A stretch of 64,000 nucleotides of DNA from Candidatus Poribacteria bacterium (GCA_965215265.1 OZ244048.1:1696001-1760000), one strand, 5' to 3'; shown: positions 51,500 through 61,200, numbered from the stretch's first letter. Notes: generated from the sequence alone by a model not told the origin. Translations and numbers: made by a program.

Positions 51500-52999
51500 T
51501 CACTCCAAATAATCCATCTCCGGTCGTAAGTTCCAGCGGTATGTATCGGCTGGTTGTGTGTTTCTTGCCCATGTGCTGAGAATTTGCGTGTCGATGCGTT
51601 TGGCTGTCATTTGCTGGACAATCAGGTCAAGGTTCCATCCGTCGAGTACTTTCTCTGTCAAATGTGTCAAGATTTCTCGGCATGCGGGTTCGTCTGCGAG
51701 GTCATTTAATTCGTGTGGGTCTTGCTTCAAGTTGAAAAGCTGCGGCGGCTGCCCGTGATAGTAATTTAACTTCCACTCGTCTTGTCGAATCATTCGTTGA
51801 TAGCATGCTTGGTCGGTACAGTATTCAGAGAAGGCGATATTTTGCCAGTTTGTGTCCGTCTGACGTATAAGGGGGAGGGTACTTCGTCCGCGAGCATTCG
51901 GCAAAGGTGGCGTTCCGAGTGCATCGAGCATCGTCGCGTTCAAATCCAACGAGCTAATGACCTTGTCACATCGTTTTCCGTTGGGTAGAACGCCGGGCCA
52001 AGAGAGAATGGCAGGTACCTTTACCGAATGCTCATAGAATGTCTGTTTCCACCAGAGTCCGTGCTCGCCGAGCTGCTCGCCGTGGTCGGAGGTATAGAGA
52101 ATTAGAGTGTTCTCATCGAGAGTGTTTTCTCGGAGTGCTGTTAGGATTTGCCCGATCATAAGATCCATGCGTGTGACCAATGCCCAATAGGCTGTGCGTG
52201 CGCGCAGGATTTCAGTTTTTGGGACTTCAACGATTCCACATTTTTGTCGCCACCATCGGAAGTGCGGATGCAATTTCCGTGAAAAAGGTTCTGGATTTTG
52301 TGGCATCGTCATCCGTCCGTGATAAATTTGATAATCCGCTTGGCGTGCGACGAAGGGTTGGTGCGGTAGCATAAACCCGACGGAAATTGAGAAGGGTGTG
52401 TCCAATAAGCCTACGCGTTTTTGAACTCCGAGTCGGTTGAGATACTTCACCGTTGCGGCTGTCACATCTTCGTCGTGGACCTGATATGCACTTTGTCCTG
52501 CGCCGGATTTTTGGAGACTGATGCGTGCTGGGCCGGCTGTTCCGGAGAGTTCGCCGTGGTCAACGCCTCTACCGCCTGGGTGATTCGGGCCGTGGTCGCC
52601 GACGAGCCGTTCGGTGTAGCCGTGCAGCTGATCTGGGCCGAGGGCGTGCATTCGTCCAATCAGCACAGGTTGATAGCCTGCAGCCCCCATCGCGTGGGCA
52701 AACGTCGGAATTCCGGAATCCAAGATGTGGCTGTTCGTCCATACGCCGTTTTCATAGGGGTATCGCCCGGTTAACATGGACATGCGCGATGGTACACAAA
52801 TTGGTGAAGGACAATAGACGTTTTCAAACACGATGCCTTCGGAGGCAAGCTTATCAAGATGCGGGGTTTGGACAAGCGGATCTCCGTAACATCCTGTTAC
52901 ATAAGGGTTGTGCTGGTCAGAATGAATGTATAATAGATTGGGCATTGAATTTCGCATTTCAGTCTCCTTGGTAAGCCTCTCTGGATTTCTATTATACAT
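51500..52999 (-). CDS. Cys-type sulfatase, choline-sulfatase-like (start probably 52957 or 52945)
   Basis: SDQH, CVPSR, GRMH, TSDHGE, WWKQTFYE. Confidence 0.92.
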   Translation of the reverse strand: MYNRNPERLTKETEMRNSMPNLLYIHSDQHNPYVTGCYGDPLVQTPHLDKLASEGIVFENVYCPSPICVPSRMSMLTGRYPYENGVWTNSHILDSGIPTFAHAMGAAGYQPVLIGRMHALGPDQLHGYTERLVGDHGPNHPGGRGVDHGELSGTAGPARISLQKSGAGQSAYQVHDEDVTAATVKYLNRLGVQKRVGLLDTPFSISVGFMLPHQPFVARQADYQIYHGRMTMPQNPEPFSRKLHPHFRWWRQKCGIVEVPKTEILRARTAYWALVTRMDLMIGQILTALRENTLDENTLILYTSDHGEQLGEHGLWWKQTFYEHSVKVPAILSWPGVLPNGKRCDKVISSLDLNATMLDALGTPPLPNARGRSTLPLIRQTDTNWQNIAFSEYCTDQACYQRMIRQDEWKLNYYHGQPPQLFNLKQDPHELNDLADEPACREILTHLTEKVLDGWNLDLIVQQMTAKRIDTQILSTWARNTQPADTYRWNLRPEMDYLE

Positions 53000-53072
53000 A
53001 AGTGAGGTTTTTTGTCAAGAGAATATGGATTTTCATGATAGACTTGACAGTAAATGTGATGTGTTGTATCAT
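52991..53072. promoter_or_regulatory. Back-to-back sigma70-like promoters
   Basis: Minus strand TTGACA(53018)-N16-TATAAT(52991); plus strand TTGACA(53044)-N17-TATCAT(53072). Confidence 0.65.
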
Positions 53073-53112
53073 GAATAACATGAATAGCATGAATAGCATG
53101 AATAGCATGAAA
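53070..53112. repeat. 9-bp tandem repeat CATGAATAG (about 5 units)
   Basis: catgaataa catgaatag catgaatag catgaatag catgaaa. Confidence 0.95.
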
Positions 53113-53185
53113 ACGAATGCGATCGGAATCTTGCGGTAAAATCAAAAAAACCTCAAAATTTACGGATACAAAGGTGGAACCAAAA

Positions 53186-55090
53186 ATGAAACATGTATTT
53201 CGTATGCTATTTCTGCTGCTTGTTTTTGTTTTTCAATCACAAGCAGAAGAGGTATTAGTCCCAGACCCACAATTACGTAGCGTTATCAGAGAAACGCTCG
53301 AACTGTCTGACGACACCATTTTGACGGACTCTCATCTTCAGTCGCTAACCAATTTAGACAAGTGGGAGGCAGGTGTCCGAGACTTAACGGGTCTTGAACA
53401 TGCTACCGAATTGAAATACTTGTCGCTCCAGCGGAGTTTTATACAGAATTTATCACCGGTGTCGGGCTTGATACAACTCAAAGGTCTGTATCTGGGTGGG
53501 AATGAAATCACAGACGTTAGTCCACTTAGCGGTCTTATCAATCTTGAGGCACTACATCTATGGGGCAACCAAATCAGAGATTTTGCACCACTTGCGAGTC
53601 TTGTGAATCTTAGAGAACTACATATAAGCAGTAATTTGGGGTATGACATTAGTCCGCTTGCGCATCTAAATATCACTGATTTTCAATATGAAATATTTTG
53701 TGAGATTCATAGCTCTCTTGTATCGGAGCGAGTCGAGAATCGCGATTATCCATCAGTTTTTGCTGCATGGGCAAACATTATCAACATGCCCACGCTATCG
53801 GATGCAGACCGGTTAGCGTATCACGATCTATATATGTGTTGTCCCCTGTTTGGCTTACGCTTTGTTGAGACTCTGGGCGGCATCCAATTGGTTGGGGATA
53901 TTTCGGAGGCAATAAAGCAACGCGAAGCATTACAAGAACAAAACCCGAATCTCATAATGCTTGTTGGTATCCCATATTTTAGTGGTGTAGGGGTGGGTGG
54001 TTATCCAGAAGATTGGGCTAATTGGCTGCGCGACGACAATGGTAAAATAGTGATTGACCCATTTTGGCAAGAAGCACTACTCGATTTCACGTTACCCGAA
54101 ACACAAGCATGGGCAATAGCACATGCAGCAGCTGTCGCACAATGCGGGCTTTTTGATGGAATCTTTTTAGACCACTGGAATGAGGACAGTAGACTTTACC
54201 CATACCGAAGCGTAGAAGTCGAACACACAGCAAGGGACGCTATACTACAAGGGATACGCGCTGAAGTTGGCGATGAATTTCTGATTATGGTGAACACCAA
54301 CGAAGCGAAGATCCCAAGGTGGGCATCGTATGTCAATGGCACTTTCATGGAAGCATTGCCAAATATATCAACGGAATTCAACGAGTTTCAGGGCCGTGGC
54401 TATACGCGCGATGGGCTTCTTGAAATCGAAAGCACGCTCATTTGGTCAGAAGAAAACTTGCGTGAACCCCGGATCAACGGACTGGAAGGGTGGGGTCTGA
54501 TTGAAGAACCGCCGGATTCGCCGCGCAACCGGCAATGGATGCGTCTGTTCACCACGCTCAGCCTGACACATTCAGATGGTTATGTGTTGTATGTGCTCGG
54601 GAGCGGGAGTTTAGAACATGAGCATCCCTGGGACAATGCGTTTTTGTCAGCAACTTACGGGCATGTGAATCAAGTATCCCATGTCCATGACCATGACCAT
54701 TATTGGTATGATTTTTGGGATGCCGAGCTCGGTAAACCGATTAGCGGAAAGGCACAACGCTATGACAACCGTGATGGTGTATTCATCCGGGAGTACACCA
54801 ACGGCTGGGCTGTCTATAACCGGAGCGGCAAAGAACAACAGATCCAACTTCCAGAGAAAGTGTCGGGAGTTGCAAGCGATGTAGTAGGCACACAGCATGT
54901 GCTTGCTGATTTAGATGGGGAAATTTACCTGAAAGTCAAAGTTGTTGTTGCGGATCTCAATGGTGACGGCATTGTCAGTATCTTGGATTTAGTGATTGTG
55001 GCGAATAACTTAGGGGAGACAAGTCCTGATCTCAATGGCGACGGCGTGGTGAATATTCTTGATCTTGTGCTTGTCGCGAACGCTTTCTAA
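53186..55090 (+). CDS. Secreted internalin-like LRR protein with a putative TIM-barrel glycoside hydrolase domain and a dockerin-like C-terminus
   Basis: Signal peptide; LxLxxNxIxDxSPL repeats; FDGIFLD; DLNGDGIVSILDL x2. Confidence 0.8.
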   Translation: MKHVFRMLFLLLVFVFQSQAEEVLVPDPQLRSVIRETLELSDDTILTDSHLQSLTNLDKWEAGVRDLTGLEHATELKYLSLQRSFIQNLSPVSGLIQLKGLYLGGNEITDVSPLSGLINLEALHLWGNQIRDFAPLASLVNLRELHISSNLGYDISPLAHLNITDFQYEIFCEIHSSLVSERVENRDYPSVFAAWANIINMPTLSDADRLAYHDLYMCCPLFGLRFVETLGGIQLVGDISEAIKQREALQEQNPNLIMLVGIPYFSGVGVGGYPEDWANWLRDDNGKIVIDPFWQEALLDFTLPETQAWAIAHAAAVAQCGLFDGIFLDHWNEDSRLYPYRSVEVEHTARDAILQGIRAEVGDEFLIMVNTNEAKIPRWASYVNGTFMEALPNISTEFNEFQGRGYTRDGLLEIESTLIWSEENLREPRINGLEGWGLIEEPPDSPRNRQWMRLFTTLSLTHSDGYVLYVLGSGSLEHEHPWDNAFLSATYGHVNQVSHVHDHDHYWYDFWDAELGKPISGKAQRYDNRDGVFIREYTNGWAVYNRSGKEQQIQLPEKVSGVASDVVGTQHVLADLDGEIYLKVKVVVADLNGDGIVSILDLVIVANNLGETSPDLNGDGVVNILDLVLVANAF

Positions 55091-55329
55091 TGGGAACTAA
55101 AAAGACTTCAGATATCCATCTAACCCTTAGGGCAAGCAGGAGCGTCACATTGTGGACACTCAAAGACAAAGCAGGGAATATTACGGGTGGAAAGCTGTCA
55201 TCCGAGGCGAGTGCGAGCGGAAAAGAGAAACTCTATCAGCAATTTCTCTATATGTTCGAACTGATGTTGACCGAGAAACCAGAAATAATGAATTCTATCA
55301 AAACCCTTGGGTTAAAATCAGGAGTGTAA
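55090..55329 (+). CDS. Small hypothetical protein
   Basis: TAATG overlap with the upstream stop; no recognisable motif. Confidence 0.4.
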   Translation: MGTKKTSDIHLTLRASRSVTLWTLKDKAGNITGGKLSSEASASGKEKLYQQFLYMFELMLTEKPEIMNSIKTLGLKSGV

Positions 55330-55376
55330 GAGCATAACAAGCGAAATAATAGTTTAATTTTAGGGAGGGGATTCCA

Positions 55377-56189
55377 ATGGACACTATGAATGGGTTTGTC
55401 AATGGCCAGTCAAATAAAATATCAGCGCATCCGTTTCCATCGAGGTGTCCGGAGGTTGACATCGTTGAAAGTGCTGAGTGCATCACGGAAGTGGATTGTC
55501 CGGAATTGCAATGGTGGTTCACAGTTCCACAGATGGGCGAACCTTACTTTTGGGCAGGGTACGACGCAGAAACGAAGCAACTGGCTGAGGTAACAGAGAT
55601 AATTCCTGTTTTGCCTGCAACTATACGAGGTTTTGATTGTGTTGAGCTGCGGGTAAAGCGCTGGACGGCACAAGATGACAGTCCGGCTGGCCCGGATTTG
55701 ATGTACGCCACATTAGATGCAGACACAGCAAAGTGGATTGCGATTGTCAACATGTTAGATGGCAGAAAGATTTTTGACACAGTCGGAGATAATTATTTTG
55801 AATCGGATTGGGGTGGCGCGACGAGTCGGCGCATCGTTGACGATGGACGTTACCAGCGGCAGCCCGACGGGACATATAAAATTGGCGATGGAGAAGGCAG
55901 CGGTGCTGGCACATATAACGTAACCATCGGTGAAAACACCTTCCACTGTCTCCGCGTTTTAGATATTGATACTTCCGAACCGGAGCATGGTGGGCTCAAT
56001 GAGGTGTTTATTGAGAAAGGCGGACGCACCGTCTTGCACAGACGTTACCATGGACGATACGTTCTAGAACCCGATTTAGTGGAGAAATTGCCTAATAATC
56101 GTCGAATTGTGGTTAATGATAAAATCTATGTGCATGCCGATTTTTCGGGTAAGGCACACGATGATATTACGCAGACAGCGTTGGGGTAA
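55377..56189 (+). CDS. Hypothetical protein
   Basis: 270-aa ORF with SD GGAGG. Confidence 0.75.
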   Translation: MDTMNGFVNGQSNKISAHPFPSRCPEVDIVESAECITEVDCPELQWWFTVPQMGEPYFWAGYDAETKQLAEVTEIIPVLPATIRGFDCVELRVKRWTAQDDSPAGPDLMYATLDADTAKWIAIVNMLDGRKIFDTVGDNYFESDWGGATSRRIVDDGRYQRQPDGTYKIGDGEGSGAGTYNVTIGENTFHCLRVLDIDTSEPEHGGLNEVFIEKGGRTVLHRRYHGRYVLEPDLVEKLPNNRRIVVNDKIYVHADFSGKAHDDITQTALG

Positions 56190-56281
56190 CCTGCTCGCTG
56201 TTCAGGCACTATGGAACGGACAGAGTAAGATAACTGGCAGCACAATGTCATAAGGTGTCATAAGGCAATCAGTTCAGTTTT

Positions 56282-57109
56282 ATGTCGGGACATGCTATGG
56301 CTTTTCAATTTCAGGATTCAATGGTAGATGAATATCTTTCGCAAGGGTATTTAGTTTTTCGAGGGATTGTTCCGCCAAGCTTGCTCACAGATTTGCGCCG
56401 TGAGGCAGAGAAAGCGAGAGACTTAGCGCATGCGCTTAGCGGACCTCAAACGCAGCGAATTCAGCCGTTATCAAACTATGCTGAGGAGTTAAATCTGCAG
56501 CCTTTTTATGACTATACCGAACTGCCTGAGCTTCGTGATGCAATTCAACGTTTGCTCGGTGCCAATTACACGCATGGGCATGTTGATATTATGGGGCTGC
56601 TCGTTGAGCCGCTTGAGCATCCATGGCATATCGGTTGGCATCGAGATGGTGTTGTTGAAGTGCCGCCCGAAGCACGGGATGAGAGTGTCACTGCAAAGTT
56701 GGCAGAAGTCTGGTACGATTTACGGCACTTCAATCAAGTAAACTGTGCGATTTATGCGGATTCCTGCACGTGGTTTGTCCCCGGCAGCCATCTGCGACAA
56801 TGGGATGTGGGTGGGGAACGGCAGACAACAGGCGACGCGAAACTACGAAGACCTGCCGAAGGGATGTCTGACGTTGAAATGGAGCGGTTGTGTCTTGAAC
56901 ATTGCCGGCAATTTCCTGGTGCGGTTCAGGTGCATCTCGGTCCGGGGGATTTCATGGTGTATAGAAACCTTGCGTGGCATACCGGAAATTACATCCCCTA
57001 TCAACCGCGTGCAACGATTCACGATGTTGTTCGGTATGAAGGGAAAAAGGATTGGACAGATTGGCAGCAGACAAAGTTGGAAGCGGTTAAACGCATGAAA
57101 GAGAGATGA
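56282..57109 (+). CDS. PhyH-family dioxygenase
   Basis: YLSQGYLV, WHRD, FVPGSH, PGD, WHTG. Confidence 0.85.
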   Translation: MSGHAMAFQFQDSMVDEYLSQGYLVFRGIVPPSLLTDLRREAEKARDLAHALSGPQTQRIQPLSNYAEELNLQPFYDYTELPELRDAIQRLLGANYTHGHVDIMGLLVEPLEHPWHIGWHRDGVVEVPPEARDESVTAKLAEVWYDLRHFNQVNCAIYADSCTWFVPGSHLRQWDVGGERQTTGDAKLRRPAEGMSDVEMERLCLEHCRQFPGAVQVHLGPGDFMVYRNLAWHTGNYIPYQPRATIHDVVRYEGKKDWTDWQQTKLEAVKRMKER

Positions 57110-57213
57110 GATGTCTCGGGCCCTGGGGGAGGCCTCCTCACCCGAGTCAAAGTGTCTAAAGTTTTTTTGGTAAAAGATGAATGCTTGGCGATGAGGTTAG
57201 AGGTTAACGGATA

Positions 57214-59298
57214 ATGAGAGCAAGTCACTTATCGGTTGGATATGTTACGGTGATTGTGTTAGTGGTGTTACATCTGCTGCCGGTCTGGGGTTTCAAGTAT
57301 TTTCCGACTCAAGATGGGGCGAGTCATATTTATAACGCCTATGTGCTGAAGGAGTACCACAAGCACGAAAACTACCGGTTACGGGAAGTTTATGAACTAA
57401 ATCCGACCTTCTTCCCGAATTGGACCTCGCATGCGCTGCTAGTCGTACTGCTGTATGTCTTCCCCCCGCTTGTCTGCGAAAAGATAGTGCTGACTCTCTG
57501 TATTGGGCTTCTACCGTTTGCACTCTTCTATTTTCTCAAGGGTGTTCAGAAGAGGAACCTGGTTTTTGGTCTTCTTGGGTTTATGTATGCTTACAACTAC
57601 CTGCTTCACATGGGTTTCTACAATTTTGTTCTCAGCATGTCTCTGTTTTTCTTCACTCTTGGCTATTGGTGGAGAGTTAAAGATAAGCTGCGGGTGGCAA
57701 ACATTGTGTGGCTCTATCTCTTATTGTTGGCGACTTACTTCACGCACTACCACTCCTATGCGCTGCTTCTTGTATCGCTGACGTTCTTCGCACTCTTTTC
57801 ATCGGTTTTCGATGTGCTGTACGGTGTATGGGGTTCTAAGGAAACATCACAGCCGCTGATGCATCGCTTCAAGGCGGGCGTGACAAAGCTCAAACCGGCG
57901 TTGACTTTCCTCGGTACGCTTGTGCCTGCGTACTTTATTTTGTTCTCCTACTATCTCTACCTTGCGGATAGCCATGGCGGTGATAGTAGTCATAAAGGCT
58001 TTGAATGGCTGATGGACTATTTCTTTGGTATGAAATCGCTTGTCGCGTTTCGGGATGAGCACGTGTTGATTGGGCGGTTGCTGCTTGTATTTTTTGCGGT
58101 TGCCTTCTTGCTCACAGTGATTCACCGGATTCGGGATTACTATCAAATAGAATCGGAGCGAGGTGGTGTGCGTCTCTGGGTGTGCGTTGTGCGCCCAATG
58201 GATGGGTTTCTGATTATGGCAGTGCTCACCACCGTGATGTATTTTATAGCCCCGTGGTCTGGTTACAGCGGGGGTTGGATAAATGATCGGTTTCATTTAT
58301 ATATCTTCATGATGTTGCTTCCGTTCTTTGCGGTTAATCTGCATCGTTACATAAACTATGGAGTAGCAGGGGTCATCATTGCGCTATCCTTGTGGCATCT
58401 CGGTTACAATGTTCACACCTACGCATTACTGAATAGAGACATAGCGAATGCTCTGACATCGGACGGTCTGTATAAGAGAGATACGATTCTCACGAGTGAA
58501 CCGGGGGAATGGGGTGGGTTCTCGGATTCGCTCGGTTTTGAGCCGAAGTACGTTGAGCCGTTCGGGCATATTGAGTGTCTGCTCGCGTTAAAAATGGGTA
58601 TAGGCTATCTTGACAACTATGAGGCGGATACCGACCATTTTCCGCTGCGCTACAAGCAAAAAGAACTTCCAGCTGACTTTGCGATTATATGGCGGACAGA
58701 ATATGACGATGTCGCGGGTTTAGAGCAAGAGTATGAGCTTATCCATTCCAATGACTATAACCGCCTCTATCGTCGTAGGCGTGCAGCACCGAACCTTGAA
58801 ATGTGGGGCGGGCGGACCGCCATCACATTTGATATGCAACCGGATGATGGAGAGCTCGCAACAGGGCACATCGCTGTGTCTGCAGATACGGTTTACACCG
58901 ACGGTGGATACGGTTGGCTGGTCGAATCAGAACGAGATGACTTTATAGGTGATGCGGCAGTTGAACAGCCTTATCAGGATAGTATCCTTGGAAAAGCAGA
59001 TGGTGTGTTTAGAGTAGCACTGCCCAATGGTACATATAAAGTAACCGTCCATTTGAGTGCTGTGGAATCAGAACCGCTGGAGCTCAATCTTATTGCGAAC
59101 CGGGCGCAGCAGATTAAGCGGCTGCGGCTTCCTATTGGAAACGAGAGGGTTGATAGGCATTACACTATCACGATTAGCGATGAACATCTAACCCAGGTGA
59201 TATATACCCGCGGGAAAGGCGAGTATAAACGTTGGGGTTGGTGTGGGTTTACTGTTCAATCCATCGATGGCGGGCCGCGCTTGCGTATTCCGGAATAA
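57214..59298 (+). CDS. Polytopic membrane protein (GT-C-like) with a C-terminal beta-sandwich domain
   Basis: Multiple transmembrane segments, PTQDGASH, MGFYNF; C-terminal LPNGTYKV. Confidence 0.7.
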   Translation: MRASHLSVGYVTVIVLVVLHLLPVWGFKYFPTQDGASHIYNAYVLKEYHKHENYRLREVYELNPTFFPNWTSHALLVVLLYVFPPLVCEKIVLTLCIGLLPFALFYFLKGVQKRNLVFGLLGFMYAYNYLLHMGFYNFVLSMSLFFFTLGYWWRVKDKLRVANIVWLYLLLLATYFTHYHSYALLLVSLTFFALFSSVFDVLYGVWGSKETSQPLMHRFKAGVTKLKPALTFLGTLVPAYFILFSYYLYLADSHGGDSSHKGFEWLMDYFFGMKSLVAFRDEHVLIGRLLLVFFAVAFLLTVIHRIRDYYQIESERGGVRLWVCVVRPMDGFLIMAVLTTVMYFIAPWSGYSGGWINDRFHLYIFMMLLPFFAVNLHRYINYGVAGVIIALSLWHLGYNVHTYALLNRDIANALTSDGLYKRDTILTSEPGEWGGFSDSLGFEPKYVEPFGHIECLLALKMGIGYLDNYEADTDHFPLRYKQKELPADFAIIWRTEYDDVAGLEQEYELIHSNDYNRLYRRRRAAPNLEMWGGRTAITFDMQPDDGELATGHIAVSADTVYTDGGYGWLVESERDDFIGDAAVEQPYQDSILGKADGVFRVALPNGTYKVTVHLSAVESEPLELNLIANRAQQIKRLRLPIGNERVDRHYTITISDEHLTQVIYTRGKGEYKRWGWCGFTVQSIDGGPRLRIPE

Positions 59299-59373
59299 AC
59301 CGAGAAACGTTAGCATTGTATCGTGGGCTGGTAAACCGGGGTGTCGGCGATTGCGGCGAGAAACACCGTGATT

Positions 59374-59677
59374 GGATGTATCTGGTGCGGTAGTTTGCCT
59401 CATCTATCTGCTTAGGCGCTTCACTTCTGATAATAAAGTATAGCAGCCTCTCTATTATTTTGTCAAGACAACCTTCACGTTTTGCCTCGCAGGGCGGCCT
59501 CGGTGCTTCTCTGAAAGCAAAAAAAACCAGGGGCAGCCATATGAGGGTGGCTGCCCCTGGTTTAGGTTAGTTTAGTTTAGTTTAACTTAGCATTCACAGC
59601 GTTTATTCTTCCGATTTGAGCGTTGCCCAGCGTTCTGTGAGTTTTCCGTCTGCACTCAGATACCCTCTCAACCGCGT
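59374..59677 (-). repeat. ~300-bp direct repeat, copy 1: tail, terminator, promoter and rpn 5' stub (MRQTTAPDTS)
   Basis: Colinear with 60902-61200; terminator 59519-59563; promoter 59437-59466. Confidence 0.92.
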
Positions 59678-59683
59678 CTTCTG

Positions 59684-60931
59684 CTACGTGTCGGTGTGGT
59701 TGTCAGCTGCCTCCAGCTGCCGCACGAGTTCCGCGCGCACCTCCGCAGATAAATTCTGAATCTCCGCCGGCGACAAACTCTGAAATGCCTTGACGCGCTC
59801 CTCGGGACTCAGGCGTGCCAACATATCGGCCCGTTCTGCCGCGGGTAGACTCGCTAACATATCGGCCCGGTCTGCCGCAGATAACCTTGCTAACATGTCC
59901 GCACGTTCTGCGGCGGGTAAACTCGCCAACATATCGGCCCGGTCTGCCGCAGATAACCTTGCTAACATGTCCGCACGTTCTGCGGCGGGTAAACTCGCCA
60001 ACATATCGGCCCGGTCTGCCGCAGATAACCTTGCTAACATGTCCGCACGTTCTGCGGCGGGTAAACTCGCCAACATATCGGCCCGGTCTGCCGCAGATAA
60101 CCTTGCTAACATGTCCGCCCGGTCTTCAGCAGGCAGCCGTGCGAGCAGATCCGCCCGGTCTTGAGGACTCAAGCGGGCGAGCATGTCCGCACGCTCCTCC
60201 GATGTCAGCGCCGACAGCAGCTTCGGACCTAAAGTCGTCGCAACTTCGCGAAGACGACTCTGAAAGAAATCTTGACGGCCTTCCATTTCACAAACCTCCT
60301 CCGTGACTTCCGGCTGCAAATACAACGCGGAGTCAAAATATAACGTATTCTCTTCTGTTATCACCCGCCGCAGGAACGCACGAAACTGTTTCTGCGACGA
60401 CGCAAACAGCAGCAACCAATAATTCGGCTCAACCAGTGCCACTTCATTGCAAACCAACAGATGCACCGGCACGCCATCCATCAACCGATAATGCCCCGCC
60501 GCCAACGGCTCCCACGGCTCCCCAAAAGGTGGGCGGGAGAGCAGCGCCCGCGGCTTCCGAGACGATACTATCGTCAGGGTTAACTCGGTTGCAGGCACCT
60601 GCTTATCTGCCAGATAACCACGCGCACGCATACAAATCCGGTGATACGCCGATTCATTCAACGGGTCGTTTTGTCCTTTGAATTCAAACAGATTATGCGT
60701 GCGTAAGTAAGAGAGCAGCGGGTTGGCACGCACTCTCGCGCGGGCTGCGGCGCTTTCGAGGAGAGCGAGTGCATCTATACGCTGCGGCAACCGGTTCACT
60801 TCTATCTCTGTCTGGATAGAGGCACCCAGCCCAGAGAAGGGTAGGGCGAGGAACTCTTTGAAGAAAGGGTCCCAGAGTTTCCGTTTGCTTTGTGTTTCTT
60901 TAGATGTCTCCGGCACTGTCGTTTGCCTCAT
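59684..60931 (-). CDS. Rpn-like PD-(D/E)xK nuclease (copy 3) with expanded 12/24-aa repeats; internal start at 60286
   Basis: Close paralogue of 37027..38121; 72-bp repeats; GGAGGAGGT-N7-ATG in frame. Confidence 0.75.
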   Translation of the reverse strand: MRQTTVPETSKETQSKRKLWDPFFKEFLALPFSGLGASIQTEIEVNRLPQRIDALALLESAAARARVRANPLLSYLRTHNLFEFKGQNDPLNESAYHRICMRARGYLADKQVPATELTLTIVSSRKPRALLSRPPFGEPWEPLAAGHYRLMDGVPVHLLVCNEVALVEPNYWLLLFASSQKQFRAFLRRVITEENTLYFDSALYLQPEVTEEVCEMEGRQDFFQSRLREVATTLGPKLLSALTSEERADMLARLSPQDRADLLARLPAEDRADMLARLSAADRADMLASLPAAERADMLARLSAADRADMLASLPAAERADMLARLSAADRADMLASLPAAERADMLARLSAADRADMLASLPAAERADMLARLSPEERVKAFQSLSPAEIQNLSAEVRAELVRQLEAADNHTDT

Positions 60932-61200
60932 CTATCTGCTTAGACGCTCCACTTCTCATAATAAAGTATAGCAGCCTTTCTGCTTTTTTGTCAAGGCCGT
61001 CTCCAGATTTGGCTTCTCAAGGTGGCCTCGGTGCTTCTCTCTATCCAAAGCAAAAAAATAGGGGCAACCACTTGTGAGGGTGGCTGCCCCTGGTTTGGGT
61101 TAGGTGAGTTTAGCATTCACAGCGTTTATTCTTCCGATTTGAGCGTTGCCCAGCGTTCTGTGAGTTTCCCATCTGCACTCAGATGCCCTTTCAAGCGGGT
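60902..61200 (-). repeat. ~300-bp direct repeat, copy 2 (includes the 3' end of 61126..63828)
   Basis: Terminator 61052-61091; promoter 60965-60994. Confidence 0.92.
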
